Source: Candidatus Babelota bacterium
GTDB taxonomy: Bacteria > Babelota > Babeliae > Babelales > JABDEC01
DNA: 64,000 bases
Assembly: GCA_013287265.1 (NCBI GenBank)
Contig: JABDEC010000001.1
Coordinates: 74,981-138,980 of the forward strand
Direction: 5' to 3'
Shown: piece by piece, positions 18,364 through 30,400 of the stretch
Layout of the letters: each line of letters starts with the position of its first letter
Numbering within the stretch: position 1 is the first letter of the stretch
Notes under the pieces: model-generated
What the model saw: only the letters and a program-made list of their open reading frames with translations
What the model was told of the DNA's origin: nothing
Databases searched by the model: none
Position numbers and translations under genes: made by a program

Positions 18364-18771
18364 ATGAAAAATCTACTTAAATATGGTGTCTTAGGGTTAG
18401 TTTTACTAGTAACTTCTAATGCTTTAACAAGAACTTTTCCTATACATGAAATCAATGTTATTTACGGAAAAGCATTGCTTAAACATCCAGTAGAAGTCAG
18501 ATTGACAGATACAGTTAAAGCTGTTAAAGACAAAGCATTATACTTAAATCGTCGAAGGGAAATGGGTTCGGAACTAAATCTTTCAATTGCAAATCCACTC
18601 AACGAATTAGTAGTAGCATTAATTGGTCGATCAATAAACCCAATATCCCAAGAAAGACGTAATCTCATAAATTCAAATTTTAAAAATTTACCTGACTCAA
18701 TGAATTTAGCTCAAGTAGGTTTAGATGATAATGATCTTGAACGTGCTACTTTTATCCTTACAGATAAATAA
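18364..18771 (+). CDS. Secreted protein, divergent paralogue of 17790-18143 (possible ubiquitin-like fold)
   Basis: Same N-terminus (MKNLLKYGV). VEVRLTDTVKAVKDKA and the final ATFILT strand resemble ubiquitin weakly. Confidence 0.45.
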   Translation: MKNLLKYGVLGLVLLVTSNALTRTFPIHEINVIYGKALLKHPVEVRLTDTVKAVKDKALYLNRRREMGSELNLSIANPLNELVVALIGRSINPISQERRNLINSNFKNLPDSMNLAQVGLDDNDLERATFILTDK

Positions 18772-18827
18772 TATTCAAAAATAGAGCTGAAACAACTAAT
18801 CAAATTTAATCCTAAAGTTTTAATTAG

Positions 18828-18855
18828 GTGAAGATAAGAAAATCCTTATCTTCAC
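18828..18855. terminator. Hairpin between convergent genes
   Basis: 11-bp perfect stem gtgaagataag/cttatcttcac with a 6-nt loop. The T-run is weak. Confidence 0.45.
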
Positions 18856-18885
18856 TTACTTAAATACAAAATAAAGAATTCTTGA

Positions 18886-19839
18886 TTAATTTTCAAAAAA
18901 TTTAGCAAAGAAATAATCTAATTGAATTTCAGAGCCGCCATTTTTTAATGAATGATCAATCAAATAAATCTCATTATGCGCATAAAATAATTCATCTAAA
19001 GAATGTTTTTTCCAATCATATTGAATGAACGAAAATGGCAATCTAAATGCAACTTGTTTTGCTTGCACAAATTTTCCAATTTCGTGAAAATACAAAAAAT
19101 TATAAGCTCTAAATAATTGCTCCGACCAATAGGTTGTCCAAAAGACAGGTTGATATTCCTGTCCAATTGAATTCCAATATTTAAAAAATGAAGTTGAATC
19201 TTTTGAAAAAAAATATTTGCTCAATTGAAATAAAGATTGTTCAGGAATCAAAATTTTTTCCAGCCAAAGTTCAACAAAATCTATATATTTATTGCCCATT
19301 AAAGTTGCATAATTAATAAGCAAAAAAATCTGGTCCAAATTTAATTTCTTATATTTTATTAGAACTTTTTGAATAAGATTTATTATAATTTTATGCTTTA
19401 CTTTTGGCCAAAAAATTAATAAATCATTGATAGAATTAACATCAATTATATCACCACAATTAATAACTAAAAATTTAATTTGAATATTCTTTATATAATT
19501 TTCGTCAAGAAAAAAACCAATATAATGTGGTCCGTGGTAGGAATTAATATATTCAATGAATTCAAATATTTTTTTTTCATTGCATTCAGAAACATTTCCT
19601 AGCCAATAAAATAAATTATTCCCAAGAAAACTCTGGCTTGTCTGCTGTTTAAATGAATTTAAATCAACTTCATTTAAATCTAAAAAACACCGGTCAATAT
19701 TATGAATTTTTAAATTATTAAAAAATGTTTGGAAAAATAAAACTGGATAATTTTTTCCCTTAAAACAAATTACCTTTTCATTTAAAAATTGATTTAAAAA
19801 ATTATCTGTTTTTAAAATTTGATTAAGTTCTAATAACAT
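18886..19839 (-). CDS. holA: DNA polymerase III delta subunit (HolA)-like
   Basis: Size of 317 aa. The C-terminal half is collinear with HolA as I recall it (SLFQL..., PVF...QLFRAY, LPFSF, LDEL...IYLIDHSLKNG). Sequence is divergent. Confidence 0.5.
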   Translation of the reverse strand: MLLELNQILKTDNFLNQFLNEKVICFKGKNYPVLFFQTFFNNLKIHNIDRCFLDLNEVDLNSFKQQTSQSFLGNNLFYWLGNVSECNEKKIFEFIEYINSYHGPHYIGFFLDENYIKNIQIKFLVINCGDIIDVNSINDLLIFWPKVKHKIIINLIQKVLIKYKKLNLDQIFLLINYATLMGNKYIDFVELWLEKILIPEQSLFQLSKYFFSKDSTSFFKYWNSIGQEYQPVFWTTYWSEQLFRAYNFLYFHEIGKFVQAKQVAFRLPFSFIQYDWKKHSLDELFYAHNEIYLIDHSLKNGGSEIQLDYFFAKFFEN

Positions 19840-20581
19840 TAGAATCTTTTAATTTTCCAATAGCGATATTATCATCAAGAGAAGAAAAAATCTGATTCAC
19901 ACCACTTTCAGCTAATAATTTTAACTGCTCAAATTCATTCCAAGAAATTGGTCTTTTCTCACCGGTGCCTTGAATTTCAATAATTTTGCCCGATTTTGTT
20001 AAAACAAAATTAAAATCAATTTCTGCTAATTTATCTTCTTCAAAATTTAAATCTAAAAGTGGTTGACCTGAATAAATTCCTGTTGAAATTGAAGCTATCT
20101 CATCAATTAAAATTGGTTCATTAATTATTCCTTGAGATAACCATTTTAATTCAGCTTTTTTAAGAGCTAAGAATGATCCTGTTATGCACGCTGTTCTTGT
20201 GCCACCATCAGCCTGCAAAACATCACAATCAATATTTATAGTTTTTTCGCCTAATTTAGTTAAATTAACAATTGTTCGCAATGATCTACCAATTAATCTT
20301 GAAATTTCTACAGAGCGACTATTTCTTTTAAATGATGATGATTCTCTTGAATTTCTTTGTAAAGTTGAAGTTGGTAATAATGCGTATTCAGCAGTTATCC
20401 ATCCTTCATTTTTGCCTTTTACAAATTGAGGAACGTTATTTTCTAAAGTTACACAACACAGAACTTTTGTTTTACCTAACTCTAACAAAACGCTGCTATC
20501 AGAAAAGCCAAAACAATCATAAGAAATTTTTAAATTACGAATCTGATCAAATTTGCGACCATCAATTCTTTGGACGTTCAT
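19823..20581 (-). CDS. rph: Ribonuclease PH
   Basis: Matches RIDGR, GWITAEYALLP, RSLR and DCDVLQADGGTRTA. The start overlaps the pnp stop as TAATG. Confidence 0.9.
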   Translation of the reverse strand: MNVQRIDGRKFDQIRNLKISYDCFGFSDSSVLLELGKTKVLCCVTLENNVPQFVKGKNEGWITAEYALLPTSTLQRNSRESSSFKRNSRSVEISRLIGRSLRTIVNLTKLGEKTINIDCDVLQADGGTRTACITGSFLALKKAELKWLSQGIINEPILIDEIASISTGIYSGQPLLDLNFEEDKLAEIDFNFVLTKSGKIIEIQGTGEKRPISWNEFEQLKLLAESGVNQIFSSLDDNIAIGKLKDSNVIRT

Positions 20582-22671
20582 TATTTTTTTGGATTTACAA
20601 ATCTTAATCTAATTCTGCCAGTTGATGGATCATAATCAATAACTTCAACCGTCACATCCTGACCTGGCTTGTAAAGTTCATTAAGATTTCTTTGTTGTTC
20701 TTTTGGCAAACTTGAAATATGCACTAAGCCATCCTGACCCGGAACAATCTCAACAAAAACTCCAAATTCGGCAGTTCTTTTTATTTTACCTTTGAATATT
20801 GACCCGATATCAATCTGACCACCCAAAACTTTAACCCAATTGACCGCTTCATCTTGTTGTGAGTCGGGTCCGCCAAAAATTTTTACTGTTCCATCATCTT
20901 CAATATCAATTGTGGTTTTTGTCTTATCAATAATTTCTCTGATAATTTTTCCGCCCGTACCAATAATTGCTCCAATTTTGTCCGTTGGAACTTTAAAGCT
21001 AATAATCTTAGGAACAAGTGGTGACAATTCAGGACTTGGTGAAGACATTATTTTTTTCATTTCATGTAAAATAAATTGTCTTCCTTGTTTTGCTTGCGCT
21101 AAAGCATTTTCAAAAACTGATCTTGGCAACCCACCTTTATTTTTAATATCCATTTGAATAGCAGTAACACTTTCTTCTGTACCTGTTACTTTAAAATCCA
21201 TCCAACCAAACTCATCTTCAAATCCAGTAATATCAGTAATGGCTTGAAATTTGCCTTTAGAACTTTTTAAAAGTCCCATAGCAACACCACCAACCATTTT
21301 TTTAATTGAAACTCCGGCATTCATAAGCGCCATTGTAGCACCACATGTAGTTGCCATTGAAGATGAACCATCGGAAGATAAAATATCAGTAACAACACGA
21401 ATAGTGTAAGGAAATTCTTCTTGATTTGGTAATTGGCCTTTAATTGCAGAAGCAGCCAAATAACCATGTCCGATTTCTCTTCTTCCCGGTCCGCGCATAG
21501 GTTTTACTTCACCAACTGCAAAAGGCGGAAAATTATAATGAAGCATAAAAGTTTTATCTTCTTCACCATCCATTAATTCTTCAACTCGCTGAACATCTTG
21601 TCCACTTCCAAGAGTCACAGTTGTTAAAGCTTGCGTGCCACCGCGTTTAAATAATGAAGAACCATGCGTAAACGGCAAAATTCCAACTTCAACAGAAACA
21701 TCTCTGACTTTATCAAATGCTCTTCCATCAACTCTTTTGCCTTCATCAAAAATTAAATCATTTAATTTTGTTTTAAAAATTGAATCAAATGCATATTCAA
21801 TCTGAGTTAATGATAAATTTTCATCTTTTTCAATTTCTTCTTTATAAATATCTAAAAATTCATCTTTTAATTTATCAAAAGCTTCCGCTCTTTCTTTTTT
21901 GTCTGCTTTGTTAACAGTTTTTAATTTTTCTAAAGTGAAAAATTTTGAAGCTCTATCTTCCCAAAGATTCCAATCAAAAGTATCTGTAAGTTCTTCTTTT
22001 TGGGCTTTCAACTCTTTTTGAATTTCTTTTTGCCACTCAACTTGTTTTTTAATTTTTTCATGCGCTTTAAAAATGATATCAACCAATTCATTTTCAGAAA
22101 TTGACTTAGCGCTTCCTTCAAGCATCACTATGCCTTCTTCAGTTCCGGCAATAATGAGCTTAAGATCTGATTTTAAAGATTGTTCAAAAGTTGGATCAAA
22201 AATCCATTCGCCATCAATTCTCCCAACTTCAACAACTCCGACAGGTCCTAAAAATGGTATTTTTGAAATTATTAATGAAATAGATGTTGCTAATAAAGAT
22301 AATGTACTAGGCAAATATTTTTTATCTACAGAATAAACAGTTGCAAATATTTGTACCTGGTCAAAAAATCTTGCTGGAAATAAAGGTCTGATTGCGCGAT
22401 CAATTAATCTTGATGTTAAAACTTCTTTATCAGTAAATTTACCTTCTCTTTTATAATAACCGCCGGGAATTTTTCCCGCAGCTGAAAACAATTCACGATA
22501 ATCTACAGTTAACGGTAAAAAACCGGGAAATTCTTTTGCCTTAGCAGAAACAGAAGTTGCCAAAATAACAGTCCCACCTTGTTTTAACCAAGCAGATCCA
22601 TCAGCCTGATTAGCATACTTACCAATTTCTAATTCATATCCAAATTCTTTTAAATAAAATTTTTTTACCAT
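20581..22671 (-). CDS. pnp: Polyribonucleotide nucleotidyltransferase (PNPase)
   Basis: Two RNase-PH-like domains followed by KH (IGAIIGTGGK) and S1 (GKIKRTAEFGVFVE) domains. Confidence 0.95.
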   Translation of the reverse strand: MVKKFYLKEFGYELEIGKYANQADGSAWLKQGGTVILATSVSAKAKEFPGFLPLTVDYRELFSAAGKIPGGYYKREGKFTDKEVLTSRLIDRAIRPLFPARFFDQVQIFATVYSVDKKYLPSTLSLLATSISLIISKIPFLGPVGVVEVGRIDGEWIFDPTFEQSLKSDLKLIIAGTEEGIVMLEGSAKSISENELVDIIFKAHEKIKKQVEWQKEIQKELKAQKEELTDTFDWNLWEDRASKFFTLEKLKTVNKADKKERAEAFDKLKDEFLDIYKEEIEKDENLSLTQIEYAFDSIFKTKLNDLIFDEGKRVDGRAFDKVRDVSVEVGILPFTHGSSLFKRGGTQALTTVTLGSGQDVQRVEELMDGEEDKTFMLHYNFPPFAVGEVKPMRGPGRREIGHGYLAASAIKGQLPNQEEFPYTIRVVTDILSSDGSSSMATTCGATMALMNAGVSIKKMVGGVAMGLLKSSKGKFQAITDITGFEDEFGWMDFKVTGTEESVTAIQMDIKNKGGLPRSVFENALAQAKQGRQFILHEMKKIMSSPSPELSPLVPKIISFKVPTDKIGAIIGTGGKIIREIIDKTKTTIDIEDDGTVKIFGGPDSQQDEAVNWVKVLGGQIDIGSIFKGKIKRTAEFGVFVEIVPGQDGLVHISSLPKEQQRNLNELYKPGQDVTVEVIDYDPSTGRIRLRFVNPKK

Positions 22672-22691
22672 TATCTAATTATCTCTAAAAT

Positions 22692-23021
22692 TTAAAATTT
22701 CTTAAACAAACCATATAAACCATCCCCATGAATTCTTAACCCAAAATCAAGAAAAAGTACTGTTGCTACAGCAATAAAATAAATTACTGCTATTCCAGTC
22801 CAACAATGCTTCGCGTCTTTACAGCACTGATTAATTTCATTATTAATACAGTCAGCTTTAAATTGTATTTCACTTAGACATGATCCAGGTTCATATCTTC
22901 TTTGCAGAGGAGTTTCAATTGCCTGAGAACTTTTTTCCCGCTTCTTATATTTTATAACCATTGTAAAAGAATTAACAGAAAAAAAGGCTAAAACTAAAAT
23001 TAATATTTTTTTTATAACCAC
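22692..23021 (-). CDS. Small Cys-containing membrane protein inserted between rpsO and pnp
   Basis: GTG start overlapping the rpsO stop (TAGTG). Has a signal peptide and a C-terminal TM segment. Confidence 0.4.
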   Translation of the reverse strand: MVIKKILILVLAFFSVNSFTMVIKYKKREKSSQAIETPLQRRYEPGSCLSEIQFKADCINNEINQCCKDAKHCWTGIAVIYFIAVATVLFLDFGLRIHGDGLYGLFKKF

Positions 23022-23278
23022 TATTTTCTTAATTCTAAAGCTTGAATTAATTTTTTATACAAAGCTTCATTTTTTTTCTTAACGTAATCTAAATATTTAC
23101 GTCTTCGGCTAACTAGTCTTTCCAATCCTCTTCTACCACTAAAATCTTTTTTTTCTTTAGCAAAATGTCCAGCTAATTTGTTAATTTCTTCGGTCATTTT
23201 AACAATTTGAACTTCAACAGAACCGGTGTCTTTATCATGATGCTGGAATTTTTTCTCTATATTTTTTTCATTATTCAT
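23021..23278 (-). CDS. rpsO: 30S ribosomal protein S15
   Basis: Matches DTGSVEVQI, HF..H.KD..SRRGL and RRRKLLDY-type motifs. 85 aa. Confidence 0.95.
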   Translation of the reverse strand: MNNEKNIEKKFQHHDKDTGSVEVQIVKMTEEINKLAGHFAKEKKDFSGRRGLERLVSRRRKYLDYVKKKNEALYKKLIQALELRK

Positions 23279-23319
23279 AATTAAACCTTAATATTAATTA
23301 AATCAATTTTCAAATTTCA

Positions 23320-23394
23320 TGGTAGGCGCGAGCGGGATCGAACCGCTGACCCTTGCTACGTCAAAGCAATGCTCTACCGCTGAGCTACGCGCCT
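23320..23394 (-). tRNA. tRNA-Val (GAC), CCA encoded
   Basis: Hand-folded cloverleaf: AGGCGCG-TA-GCTC..GAGC-A-TTGCT-TTGACGT-AGCAA-..-AGCGG-TTCGATC-CCGCT-CGCGCCT-A-CCA. Confidence 0.9.
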
Positions 23395-23398
23395 TCAA

Positions 23399-26300
23399 TT
23401 AACTTCTTTCTTCTTCAGCGGCTTTTTGTTCTAATTCTGAAAGATCTTTTCCAATGTATTTTTCCATAAATAATTTAATTCCAGTTCCTGCAGGAATTAA
23501 TTTACCAATGATTACATTTTCTTTAAGACCATAAAGATGATCAACTTGTCCTGAACATGCAGCTTCTGCCAGAATTCTTGTTGTTTCCTGGAATGAAGCA
23601 GCAGCAAATAAACTTTCAGTCACTAACGATGCCATTGTTATACCCATTAATACAGGTTTAGCTGTTGCCACTTTTTTACCTTCTTCCTGTAATAATGAAT
23701 TTACCATCTTAAAGTGTACTTGATCAACTTTATCGCCAATTAAGAAATCGCTATCTCCAGAATCAGTGATTCTTACTTTGCGTAACATTTGCCTTACAAT
23801 AATTTCAATATGTCTGTCATTAATAAATATACCATGTAAACGATAAATTTGCTGAATCTGATTAACTAAATATTTTTGTAAATTATCAGGACCTAATATT
23901 CTTAAAATATCATTTAATACAGGTTCGCCTGAAGTTAATAAATCACCGGCATTAACTTTATCGCCATTTGATACGTTCATTTGTTTGCCGCGAGGTACAA
24001 AATAATCAAATGTCTGATCACCGGCAACAACAGAAATTTTTCTTAATCCTCTATGCAACCCGCCAATAACAACTTCACCATCAATATCAGAAATAATTGC
24101 AGGGTCCTTAGGAATTCTAGCTTCAAATAATTCAGCAATTCTTGGTAATCCACCGGTAATATCTTTTGTTTTTGAAGTTTCTCTTGGCATTTTAACTAAT
24201 ACGTCGCCAATTTCTACTTTTTGATTTTGCTGCACAGTTAAATATGAACCAGATGGTAAATAATAATGTGCAACTTCATTTCCAGCATCATCAACAATGC
24301 TTATCGCAGGTTGATATCTTTCACTCTTATGTTCTAATATAATTTTATTTGTTGCCTTTGTTGTTTCGTCATATAATTCTTGAACAGTTAAATTTGTGAT
24401 CAAATCAACAAATTTTACATAACCGGAACGTTCTGTTAATAATAATTTATTATTAGTATCCCATTCCGCTAACTTTGTTCCTAATTTAATTTCTTGCTTA
24501 TCTTCAACAAGTAATGTTGAACCATATTCAATATTTTGTTCTTGTAAAATTAAACCGTCTTTGGAAACAATCAATATTCGAGCTTTTCTGCTCATTACAA
24601 TTGATTTACCTTCTTTATCTTTAATTGTTCTCATATCACGGAATTCAACAATTCCATCATGTTTTGCAACAAATAAAGATTGTTCAGAAATACTTGCAAT
24701 ACCACCAATATGGAATGTTCTCATAGTTAACTGAGTTCCTGGTTCACCAATTGATTGAGCAGCAATAATTCCTACGGTCGACCCAACATCTACTAAAGAA
24801 CCTTTTGAAAGATCCATTCCATAACATTGAGCACAAACGCCTCTTCTAGCTTGGCAAGATAGTACTGATCTTACTAAAATTTTTGAAATAGCGGCATTTG
24901 ATAATCTATCTACATCATCTTTATCAACTACATGTCCCTGAGCTAAAAGTAGTTCGCCAGAAACATCGTCTTTAACATCAGCAGCTAAAACACAACCGAA
25001 AGCCCTATTTGCCACCGAATAAATTACTTCTCCAGATTCTTTAAGATCTTCAAGTTCAATATATCCCAATGTTTTACAATCAATCATTGTAATTACAACA
25101 TCTTGAGCTACATCAACTAATCTTCGAGTTAAATAACCGGAGTTAGCAGTCTTTAATGCAGTATCCGCTTGTCCTTTTCTAGCACCGTGTGTTGAAGTGA
25201 AATATTCAAATACACTTAAACCATCTTTGAAGTTACTTTTAACTGGAGTTTCCATAATTTCTCCAGATGGTTTATTCATTAATCCTCTCATACCAACTAA
25301 CTGTTTAATCTGGTCTTTAGAGCCACGTGCACCAGATTCTAACATCATAAAAATCGGATTAAATGGCATCATTTTATCTTTTTCATTTAAATAAGCCATT
25401 TTATTTTGTTGTTCTAAATCTTTCATCATTTCTTTAGCAACATCAGATGTAGCTTGTCCCCAAATTCCAATGACTTTACTACTACGTTCACCATTGGTTA
25501 TTGCTCCGTCCATATAAAGTTTTTCAACTTTCTGAACATCTTTTTCAGCTTTCTGAATTATTGCACTTTTACTTCCAGGAACAATTAGATCTGAAATAGC
25601 AAAAGAAATTCCGCCTCTAGTTGAGTATCCGAAACCTAATTTTTTTATTTTATCAAGACAATCAACTGTCGCATCACTGCCAAATCTATGATAAATTCTT
25701 TCAACTAATTTCGCCAAATCGGCTCTTCGCACAACTCTATTAATCCATTTAAAATCAGATCCTTTTGGTAAAGCTTCAAACAAAATAACTCTACCAACAG
25801 TTGTATCAATAATTTCTGATCCTAAACGAACTTTAATTTGAGCATGTAAATCAACACTGCTATGTTGCAAAGCAGTTACAACTTCTTGAGTATTTGAAAA
25901 TATTGTATTTTCACCTTTTAAATTACAACGTGCCTTTGTAATATAATGTAATCCAAGAACCATGTCTTGAGACGGAACCGTCAATGGTCTTCCGTTTGCA
26001 GGTGATAATAAATTTTTTGTTGATAACACTAAATCTTTAGTTTCCGCTACTGCTTTAGCACTTAATGGCACATGCACAGCCATCTGATCACCATCAAAGT
26101 CAGCATTGAACGCAGCACAAACTAATGGATGAATTGTTATTGCTTTTCCATCAACTAAAATCGGATAAAAAGACTGTATACCTAATCTGTGCAAGGTAGG
26201 CGCACGATTTAAAAGAACTGGTCTATCTTTTACAACTTCTTCAAGAGCATCCCAAACTTCTGGCTCCATTCGTTCTACCATTTTTTTCGCTACTCTTAAA

Positions 26301-27487
26301 TTTGGCGCTACTTCACGTTGTATTAATTCAGATAAAACAAATGGCTTATATAATTCCAATGCCATCATTTTTGGAATGCCACAATGATCCATTCTTAATT
26401 CAGGATTTACAACAATGACAGATCTTCCGGAATAATCTACACGTTTACCGAGTAAATTTTGTCTGAATCTTCCTTGCTTACCTCTTAACATTTCACTTAA
26501 AGATTTAAGTGGTCGTTTATTAGAACCACGAACTGGCTGACCACGTCTTCCATTATCTATTAAAGCATCAACAGATTCCTGAAGCATTCTTTTTTCATTT
26601 TTTATAATTACTTCAGGCGCTTCAATTTCCATTAATCTTCTTAAACGAATATTTCTATTTAAAACTCTTCTGTATAATTCATTAAGATCCGAACTGGCAA
26701 ATCTACCACCTTCTAAAGGCACTAATGGTCTCAAATCAGGAGGAAGAACAGGTAATACCTCCATAATCATTAATTCGGGTCTTAAATTTGCCTGAAGAAA
26801 TCTTGATAAAATTTTTATTCTTCGCATTATTTTATGACGCGATGTTATAGATGAAGATTTTTTATAATCTTCTTGTAAAAAATCTATCTCAAGATTCAGA
26901 TCCATTATTTTTAAAATGTCGCGAATTGCTTCAGCGCCACTTTTAGCAACAAATTCTAAATCTTCAGGATGGGCATCTAAATAATTATCATATTCAGCAT
27001 TCGTCAATAATGTTTTTCTTGGGTAAGGAGATTTCCCTTGATTCACAACAATATAAGAATCAAAATAAATTACACGTTCAATATCTTTTACTGACATATC
27101 AAGAACAAGACCTAGATAACTTGGTATACCTTTTAAATACCAAATATGACTAACAGGAGCTACAAGTTCAATATGACCCATTCGCTCTCTACGAACTCTG
27201 GATTGAATTACTTCAACACCACATTTTTCGCAAGTCACACCTCTATGTTTCATTCGCTTATATTTGCCACAATTACATTCCCAGTCCTTAACAGGACCAA
27301 AAATACGAGCACAGAATAAGCCATCTCTTTCTGGTTTTAGAGTTCTATAGTTTATGGTTTCAGTTTTTTTTACCTCACCATAAGATAAAGCTCTAATCTT
27401 TTCAGGATAAGCAAGCGAAATTTTTATCGCATTAAACTGAGTTGTTCTTATATATTCCCTAAATCGGGACAACATTTGATTAGTCAC
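23399..27487 (-). CDS. rpoC: DNA-directed RNA polymerase beta' subunit
   Basis: Matches Zn finger CNCGKYK...CEKCGVE and NADFDGDQM. The start is uncertain: GTG 27487 lies 6 nt after GGAGG, ATG 27475 aligns with E. coli, and the ORF-track TTG 27520 is less likely. Confidence 0.95.
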   Translation of the reverse strand: MTNQMLSRFREYIRTTQFNAIKISLAYPEKIRALSYGEVKKTETINYRTLKPERDGLFCARIFGPVKDWECNCGKYKRMKHRGVTCEKCGVEVIQSRVRRERMGHIELVAPVSHIWYLKGIPSYLGLVLDMSVKDIERVIYFDSYIVVNQGKSPYPRKTLLTNAEYDNYLDAHPEDLEFVAKSGAEAIRDILKIMDLNLEIDFLQEDYKKSSSITSRHKIMRRIKILSRFLQANLRPELMIMEVLPVLPPDLRPLVPLEGGRFASSDLNELYRRVLNRNIRLRRLMEIEAPEVIIKNEKRMLQESVDALIDNGRRGQPVRGSNKRPLKSLSEMLRGKQGRFRQNLLGKRVDYSGRSVIVVNPELRMDHCGIPKMMALELYKPFVLSELIQREVAPNLRVAKKMVERMEPEVWDALEEVVKDRPVLLNRAPTLHRLGIQSFYPILVDGKAITIHPLVCAAFNADFDGDQMAVHVPLSAKAVAETKDLVLSTKNLLSPANGRPLTVPSQDMVLGLHYITKARCNLKGENTIFSNTQEVVTALQHSSVDLHAQIKVRLGSEIIDTTVGRVILFEALPKGSDFKWINRVVRRADLAKLVERIYHRFGSDATVDCLDKIKKLGFGYSTRGGISFAISDLIVPGSKSAIIQKAEKDVQKVEKLYMDGAITNGERSSKVIGIWGQATSDVAKEMMKDLEQQNKMAYLNEKDKMMPFNPIFMMLESGARGSKDQIKQLVGMRGLMNKPSGEIMETPVKSNFKDGLSVFEYFTSTHGARKGQADTALKTANSGYLTRRLVDVAQDVVITMIDCKTLGYIELEDLKESGEVIYSVANRAFGCVLAADVKDDVSGELLLAQGHVVDKDDVDRLSNAAISKILVRSVLSCQARRGVCAQCYGMDLSKGSLVDVGSTVGIIAAQSIGEPGTQLTMRTFHIGGIASISEQSLFVAKHDGIVEFRDMRTIKDKEGKSIVMSRKARILIVSKDGLILQEQNIEYGSTLLVEDKQEIKLGTKLAEWDTNNKLLLTERSGYVKFVDLITNLTVQELYDETTKATNKIILEHKSERYQPAISIVDDAGNEVAHYYLPSGSYLTVQQNQKVEIGDVLVKMPRETSKTKDITGGLPRIAELFEARIPKDPAIISDIDGEVVIGGLHRGLRKISVVAGDQTFDYFVPRGKQMNVSNGDKVNAGDLLTSGEPVLNDILRILGPDNLQKYLVNQIQQIYRLHGIFINDRHIEIIVRQMLRKVRITDSGDSDFLIGDKVDQVHFKMVNSLLQEEGKKVATAKPVLMGITMASLVTESLFAAASFQETTRILAEAACSGQVDHLYGLKENVIIGKLIPAGTGIKLFMEKYIGKDLSELEQKAAEEERS

Positions 27488-30400
27488 CAACTTCCTCCCT
27501 ACTGCCTTTGAATAAATCAACTTGTAATGCTAAACTTTGTAATTCTTTTACCATAACACTAAATGATTCAGGTAAACCTGGTTCTGGGATATTATCACTA
27601 TCGCCACGAACAATAGTCTCATAAACTTTATGTCTACCAGTTACATCATCGGATTTATAAGTTAATAATTCCTGTAATGTATAAGCAGCACCATATGCTT
27701 CAAGTGCCCAAACTTCCATTTCACCAAATCTTTGTCCACCAAATTGCGCCTTACCACCCAATGGTTGTTGGGTAACAAGAGAATAAGGACCAACCGATCT
27801 TGCATGCAATTTATCATCAACCATGTGGTAAAGTTTCATGATATAAATTGATCCTACAGTAACAGGTTGATCAAATCTTTGTCCTGTTCTGCCATCATTC
27901 AACCAATAAGATCCCGTTTCAGATAAATTTAAATCATTTAAAATAGGTTTAATATCTCTTTCAAATAAAGCACCATCAAATACAGGAGATGCAAAGTGTA
28001 TTCCTCTCTTGGATGATTCGCGTGCTAAATTTAAAATTTCATCTTTACCATTATTTTTTTCAATATTTTCAATAAGATCTTTGCCAAAATATTTAATCAA
28101 TAAATTTTTAATTTGATCATATGATGCATTTTCTTCAATCAATTGATTAATATTTTGACCTATTTTTCTTCCGGCAAATCCTAAAATAGTTTCTAAAATC
28201 TGACCAACGTTCATACGTGAAGGAACGCCAAGAGGATTCAATACGATATCAACTTGCGTACCATCTTCAAGATAAGGCATATCTTCTCTCGGAACGATTA
28301 TAGAAACTACACCTTTATTTCCATGTCTACCAGCTAATTTATCACCAACTTGTACAACACGTTTAGATGCTACATATACCTTCACCATTTTTATCACGCC
28401 CGAAGGCAATGGATCACCTTTTTTCAATCTATTAATTTTTTCTTCTTTTAACGTTTCTAAAATTCTTAATTGATTCTCAAAAGATAATTTTAATTGCGCT
28501 AATTTCGCACTTTCATGAGCATCTTTTAATTTTATTTCAAGTAATTCTTTTACAGGTAATTCTTCTAATTTTTTCTTATCAAAAACTTTATTTTTAATTA
28601 AAGATTGTGAAACTTTACCTGATGGCTCATTACCATCTAAAAGCTCAAGAGCTTTTTCAAAAATCATTTTGTTAATGATTACAATATTTTGAGTATATTC
28701 ATTTTCAATTTTTTGAGTTTGTTCATTAACAATATCTTTATATCTTTTGTCTTTTCTAATTCCACTTCTAGAAAAAACTTTAACATCTATAACAGTACCT
28801 TCAACACCGGGCGGAACACGTAAAGAAGTATCTCTTACCTCTCTGGCTTTCTCACCAAAAATTGCTCTTAATAATTTTTCTTCAGGTGAATATTGAATAT
28901 CACCTTTTAAAGTGACTTTCCCAACTAAAATATCGCCGGGCGCAACTCTTGTTCCAATTTTAACAATGCCTTCTTCATCTAATCCAACTAAAGCATGTTC
29001 ACTTACATTTGGAATATCGGCTGTGATTTCTTCGGGTCCGAGCTTTGTATCTCTTGCCTCAACAATATATTCATCAATATGAACTGACGTGAAAGTATCG
29101 TCTGCAACTAATCTTTTATTTAAAACAATAGCATCCTCAAAGTTGTATCCATTCCAAGGCATGAATGCAACTAACAAATTTGAACCTAACGCCAATTCAC
29201 CATTTTCAATTGCAGGACCATCGGTCAAAATTTCTCCAGCGTTAACTTTTTGGCCACGCTTTACAATAGGTCTTTGATGAATCCATGTATCATAACTTGA
29301 TCTTTTAAATTTTTTCAAATTATAAACATCAATTCCATTCGCTATCCAATCCTCGGTGTTAGCAAATTCTTTTTCATCCGCACGAATTGTGATTTTATCT
29401 GCGGACACAAATTCAACTAAACCAGACCGCTTAGCAAAATTTACTGAACTTACTGCTTTGGAAACTTCGCCTTCCATCCCAGTTCCAACTAGAGGAGTTT
29501 GACATTTAATTAAAGGAACCGCTTGACGTTGCATGTTTGCACCCATTAATGCACGTGTAGCATCATCATGCTCTAGGAAAGGAATTAATGCTGCAGCAAC
29601 AGAAACCAATTGTTTCGGAGAAAGATCGATAAAATCAATTTTATTTTTATCTGTATATAAAAAATTTCCCTCGTTGCGCGCTAATACAATATCTTGATCT
29701 TTTCTTAAAGATTTAAAATTTTCATCCGCAGCTTCAGATTGAGCAATAAATTTATTTTGTTCTTCAAAAGCATCTAGAAAAACAACTTCATCTTTAATTT
29801 TTCCATTTTCTACAGGTCTATATGCAGATTCTATAAATCCTAAATCATTCACCATTGCATAAGTAGCAAGTGATGAAATAAGTCCAATAGTTTGACCTTC
29901 CGGAGTTTCAATAGGACAAATTCTACCATAATGTGATGTATGTACATCGCGCACTTCATAAGTCGCTCTATCTTTTAATACGCCTCCGGGCCCGAGAGCT
30001 GATAATCTTCTCTTATGAGCAATTTCAGATAACGGGTTTGTCTGATCCATAAACTGAGACAACTGACCAGTTCCAAAAAATTCTCTAATTACCGCATTTA
30101 ATGGTTTAACATTTAAAAGATCTTGCGGCATTAAAGTTCCATTTATTTCTTGAATTCTGAATCTTTCACGAACAATGCGCTCAATTCTTGATAAACCTAA
30201 ATAAATCTGATTACCTAATAATTCCCCAACTAATCTTACCCTTCTATTTCCAAGGTGATCGATATCATCTAATTCACCTTCACCTTTTTCACGTAAATTA
30301 ACAAGATATTTTATCGTTGCAACAATATCTTCTTTTGTAAGAGTTGTAGTGTCATCAGATACATCCAAACCTAATTTACGATTTACGCGAACACGGCCTA

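Noticed and set aside
3421-19000. Short ORFs inside or antisense to hflX, the 4853/5469 genes, pcrA, proS, the 13381 gene/trpS spacer, the cdaA-like gene, glmM and the 18364 gene (3421-3672, 5274-5537, 6941-7141, 8954-9166, 13865-14062, 15402-15593, 16320-16538, 18462-18668)
   Set aside because: Each is nested in or antisense to a longer ORF with clear homology or a better signal-peptide architecture. AT-rich genomes give few stop codons on the opposite strand of Lys/Asn/Ile-rich genes.
20184-22336. + strand ORFs 20184-20429, 20332-20607, 20840-21157 and 22073-22336
   Set aside because: They are antisense to the strongly supported rph and pnp genes. Their composition is low-complexity and there are no start contexts.
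27488-27520. ORF-track start of rpoC at TTG 27520, giving a 41-nt overlap with rpoB
   Set aside because: This is a TTG start with no Shine-Dalgarno sequence. GGAGG at 27494-27498 is well placed for GTG 27487, and ATG 27475 aligns with the E. coli N-terminus. The extension is most likely untranslated.
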